The notes under the pieces: generated by a model
The model's input: only the letters and a program-made list of their open reading frames with translations
Told to the model about the DNA's origin: nothing
The model's database searches: none
Shown here: positions 60,701-64,000 of the stretch, in pieces
Position numbering within the stretch: position 1 is the first letter of the stretch
Layout: each line of letters opens with the position of its first letter
Made by a program: the position numbers and the translations under genes
NCBI GenBank assembly: GCA_964035545.1
Contig: OZ037765.1
Coordinates: 18,042,995-18,106,994 of the forward strand
Direction of reading: 5' to 3'
DNA from: Bugula neritina
Taxonomy: Eukaryota > Animalia > Bryozoa
DNA: 64,000 nucleotides

Positions 60701-63700
60701 CATACTGATCACAATCACATTATCACTGGTGATATTAATATTGATATACTTAAGCAAGAATCTGATAGCTACACTGACCTATTACATCAATACAGCTACA
60801 CTCATTTAATAGAGCACCCAACTCGCACTACCCAAACCTCCAGCTCTTGTATAGATCACATAGCCATAAATTTCTACAGTAGTAACGTCATTAGTGGTAC
60901 ACTTGATAAAGATATCTCAGATCACTTTCCGGTATTTGCCTTTTTTGAGAATCTTGTGCAACCTAAATCTCAAACCTTCAAAAGACGCAGTTATAGATCA
61001 CTTTGTGATATACAGCTAAAACAAGAGTTTCAAAACTGTGACTGGAGCAAACTAGTATTTAAACATAATGATCCAATAGTAGCATACAGAAATTTCTTGA
61101 ACGAAACATCTCATATATTTAACAAATTGGCACCTTTTCAAGAAAGGACTTTTCATTTCAATAGAAAAAAGGTGAATAACTGGATCACGGATCGTTTAAA
61201 AAAAGAAATTCACAAAAAAGACAGGCTTTTTTCACAACACAAAGCTTTTCCATACAGCCCAAAACTTAAGCAAGCCTACATTAAGCAAAGAAACAAAGTA
61301 TCAACCTTAATTAAACAAGCCAAGTATAACTACTATGATAAGCTGATTTCTAACCAAGCAGACTCCAGAAAGCTTTGGAATACAATCAACAATGCTTGTG
61401 GAAGAAAATCAACCTCTCCAAGCTTTCCAGTAAAGCTAAAAGCTGACTCAGAAATCATTACCCACCATACAGAAATAGCAAACTATATAAACAATTATTT
61501 CACTAACATTGGAAAGAACTTAGCCGATAAAATACCAAGTGTTCCTGAGATCTCAGTCAATGCCAAAGATTGTCCTTCATTTTATTTTCAGCTGGTAGAC
61601 AAAAACAGAGTTTTAACTGAACTAAAAAATTTGAATGAAAATAAATCAGAAGGCTTAGACTTGATCCCAGCGAGGCTAGTTAAACAAAGTGCAACTTACC
61701 TTTGTCAGCCTCTCACACATATTATAAACTTGATAATTAAATCAGGTGTCATTCCTAATGAACTGAAAGTAGCCAAGATTTTGCCATTTTACAAAAATAA
61801 AGGTGACAAACTTTTATGTAGTAATTATCGGCCTATCTCAATACTTCCAGTTTACTCTAAAATACTTGAAAAAATAATCTGCAAGCAATTAAATGAACAT
61901 TTAAACCTACACAAAATTTTGTCGGTTTCTCAATTTGGCTTCCAACAGAAGAAGGGTGCACAAGACGCACTGATTAAGTTTTCAGACCAATCCTTCAAAG
62001 CACTTAATGACTCATTAGTAATATTGGGTATTTTCATTGATTTCTCAAAAGCATTCGATACAATCAACCACAATATTTTGCTACAGAAACTACGAGATTA
62101 CAATTTTGATTCTCACTCCATAAGTTTAATCCAAAACTACTTGACCAATCGAACACAGCATGTTATAATAGAGAACAGTATATCCAATTCCTTGCATATT
62201 ACCTGTGGAGTTCCCCAGGGCTCTATCTTGGGCCCTGTGCTCTTTCTGCTGTACATAAATGATTTAGCTACCCATTGTCCTTTATTTGATACTATTCTGT
62301 TTGCAGACGACACAAATCTTTTTTGGAAGAGCAAAGATTTAAATGCTGATATTGGAAATATAAACTCCTCACTAAATAAAGTTAATAACTGGTGCATTGC
62401 AAACAAACTAACTCTAAACTTAACGAAAACAAACTATATCATTGTTAAAAACTACCAAAAGAATTTTGTACTTAACAGTACCATCCATATTGACAATATA
62501 CCTCTCTCGCCTAGCTCAGAAATAAAATTTTTAGGTGTAGTCATCGACATTAACTTAAACTGGTGTGCTCATATAAATTCTTTAAGGACTCAGCTCAACA
62601 AAGTAACTGGTATGATATACTTAGCTTCAAAGTTTTTACCATACAAAGCTTTGATTTTATTATATAACAGTCTGATAAACAGCAAACTTACATATTGCTT
62701 AGAAGCCTGGGGAAATGCCCCTAAAACCCACCTGAACAAGTTGCTTTTAATTCAAAAACGCATTATTCGCATTATTTTCCACAAATCACCTACTGAACAC
62801 ACGTCACCTCTATTTATCAAAGCAGAAATTCTTCCTATTGATCTCTTGTATATCTACCGCCTATGTCTTCTTGGTCATTCAGCTTATTATACTCCATCTC
62901 ACACCAAACAACCACCAAATTACCTCACCAGACATTCTGAACTTTCCTTACCCTTACCTCTCTCTACCTCCGCAGCAGGTCATCGTCAAGTGTCCTACCA
63001 GATGTCTAGCAATTGGAATAAACTACCTCTGACTTTAAGACATCATCAAAGCTTTGCCACATTTAAAATATTGTTGAAAAAGCACCTACTAAAATCTTTA
63101 ACTTAATCTAAATAAATAGTTCCCACTATTTTTTCAACTGCCACTTGGGCCCCGCTCCTTGAATAGCTATGCTACTGAGCACATGGGCCCCCATCTTGAT
63201 ATTATATATAAATTGAATTTAGCTCTTTTTGTGTTACTGTTGTATATTTGTATTTTTTTGTCCTTTTTGTTTTTTTTTTTTTTTGATGGAAATAAAGAAA
63301 ACAAACAAACAAAACAAAAATAAGTATGAGCTTGTAAATAGAATATTTTTCAGTAAAGTTTAGCCAGGATTGGCAGTTATCATTACACAATGCTGAACTC
63401 TTCATTTTCTGGGATATGTTTTGGGAGTTGTTCTAAGAGGCATATGTACAGGAAATTAGTTTGTAATTTTGTGTGCTTTAAAAAACATGTATTATAAAGT
63501 TCTCAAGAGCTAATCAAGCCTTTTGGAGACAAGGTGACAGCTGGTACTCACATTGAAAGTAAAAATGAGCAGGTTTGACACAAAAAGCATAAAAGAAAGT
63601 GTTAGAAAGACAGGTGCAAGAAAGGTGATCACATGAGATCAACCTTTAGAAATAATCCACAAGAACTAACATAACTTTTGTTAACAACAAAACCATTACA

Positions 63701-64000
63701 GAGAAAGATGAACATTATAAACATAAGAAGTTGTTTGCCATTGTCTCTTTTATCCAAATTACTATTATTTTCTACAGAAGTGTTGAACACGTTAATTGGT
63801 AGAGAAAACTCTTGGCTGAACAGAGAAATAAGGAAGAGGAATTGCACCAACCTGAGTAGGGTCAACCTCTCCCTGGATGATGTTCAGAATGGAAATGTAG
63901 CAGTGATTAGCCTGTCTGTTGATGGGAGTAGAGACCATCATGTTCTTGGGTTGTAGCAACCGTCGCATTACATCTAGCACAGTTGTCTTACGGACATTGG
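57780..64000 (-). CDS. TUBG1: Gamma-tubulin, last three coding exons (the gene continues beyond the window)
   Basis: Exons 63852 to >64000 ([38 protein letters not shown]), 58490-58651 ([47 protein letters not shown]) and 57780-57980 ([24 protein letters not shown]). These are diagnostic gamma-tubulin sequences. Confidence 0.97.
59514..60188 (+). CDS. LINE ORF1 protein (coiled coil plus FP25K-like C-terminal region)
   Basis: First ATG at 59514 (MPPKTR). A heptad-rich N-terminal half is followed by EIQGVP...IIVKF...IYINEYL...FAWT..KVFLR, as in CR1/L2-group ORF1s. Confidence 0.85.
   Translation: MPPKTRTDSTASDIDATMKEILQQLKKINNRIEIIEEKVDSIESSLNYHTEQWKEVKEDMDQIKNTIPALKGKMEEHEIEKANKMAEIQGVPHHQDESLKDIVTKLAELNDVHLTPVNIDMVYRNKSKKSIIVKFIQTHICQNFIRSFKAKKNKSLTSKELGYKTASKIYINEYLLYPTRQLFHKVREYKKENNFKFAWTINQKVFLRETEGSKAIHIKSLSDL
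60245..63106 (+). CDS. LINE ORF2: AP endonuclease plus reverse transcriptase, 953 aa, uninterrupted
   Basis: Endonuclease motifs NIRS, ISET, GDIN, CIDH and SDH. RT motifs [32 protein letters not shown] and FLG. Confidence 0.96.
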   Translation: MELCNTSKHFTIDDLNNISCNDFRVLHCNIRSLRKNFNNLLELLSIVNCSFHVIAISETFLYSNECNYFPISNYSYIGSCRDSRAGGCGIYVHSGLAVIEKLEPLIEGSEAISLLVAGLDEVPLRITAIYRQPSSDTGRFTDDLHNFLHSISHTDHNHIITGDINIDILKQESDSYTDLLHQYSYTHLIEHPTRTTQTSSSCIDHIAINFYSSNVISGTLDKDISDHFPVFAFFENLVQPKSQTFKRRSYRSLCDIQLKQEFQNCDWSKLVFKHNDPIVAYRNFLNETSHIFNKLAPFQERTFHFNRKKVNNWITDRLKKEIHKKDRLFSQHKAFPYSPKLKQAYIKQRNKVSTLIKQAKYNYYDKLISNQADSRKLWNTINNACGRKSTSPSFPVKLKADSEIITHHTEIANYINNYFTNIGKNLADKIPSVPEISVNAKDCPSFYFQLVDKNRVLTELKNLNENKSEGLDLIPARLVKQSATYLCQPLTHIINLIIKSGVIPNELKVAKILPFYKNKGDKLLCSNYRPISILPVYSKILEKIICKQLNEHLNLHKILSVSQFGFQQKKGAQDALIKFSDQSFKALNDSLVILGIFIDFSKAFDTINHNILLQKLRDYNFDSHSISLIQNYLTNRTQHVIIENSISNSLHITCGVPQGSILGPVLFLLYINDLATHCPLFDTILFADDTNLFWKSKDLNADIGNINSSLNKVNNWCIANKLTLNLTKTNYIIVKNYQKNFVLNSTIHIDNIPLSPSSEIKFLGVVIDINLNWCAHINSLRTQLNKVTGMIYLASKFLPYKALILLYNSLINSKLTYCLEAWGNAPKTHLNKLLLIQKRIIRIIFHKSPTEHTSPLFIKAEILPIDLLYIYRLCLLGHSAYYTPSHTKQPPNYLTRHSELSLPLPLSTSAAGHRQVSYQMSSNWNKLPLTLRHHQSFATFKILLKKHLLKSLT

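Larger units (their letters stand above)
59327..63320 (+). mobile_element. Apparently full-length CR1/L2-group LINE retrotransposon, antisense inside a gamma-tubulin intron
   Basis: Intact ORF1 and ORF2, a 3' UTR stem-loop, a T-rich tract and an (AAAC)n tail. The 5' boundary is approximate. A weak possible target-site duplication AAAAATA lies at 59320-59326 and 63316-63322. Confidence 0.93.

Noticed and set aside
51200-64000. Sp gene next to gamma-tubulin as ancient synteny
   Set aside because: This cannot be tested from one window, and the human genes share only a broad chromosomal band.

Overview
Eukaryotic, AT-rich, intron-rich animal DNA. An invertebrate, possibly a lophotrochozoan, is my inference from the Hv3-like channel. 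Seven spliced protein genes were rebuilt by hand from exon phases: an atypical voltage-gated proton channel (-, 8326-17276), TAB1 (+, 22881-27677), UBE2S (-, 28513-31986), ARL6IP1 (+, 37974-41566), a soluble MAO-like flavin amine oxidase (-, 41815-47464), a divergent Sp/buttonhead zinc-finger factor (+, about 51191-52303) and the 3' exons of gamma-tubulin (-, 57780 to beyond 64000). Mobile DNA includes an intact two-ORF CR1/L2-group LINE in a gamma-tubulin intron plus a near-identical 5'-truncated copy, a decayed RTE LINE, two MITEs (one nested in a small foldback element), a tRNA-derived SINE and hAT relics. There are also satellites and a decayed local duplication. Most notable: (1) the Hv channel lacks S4 arginine R1, the E119-equivalent counter-charge and the F150-equivalent gasket residue, and has an S1-S2 loop about 80 aa longer than human with an RNRR furin-type site; (2) TAB1 keeps most PP2C metal-binding aspartates that vertebrate TAB1 has lost; (3) the Sp factor has altered recognition helices in fingers 2 and 3; (4) the amine oxidase gene appears to use two GC-AG introns. 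All gene models are manual predictions without transcript data, and human reference residues are quoted from memory.
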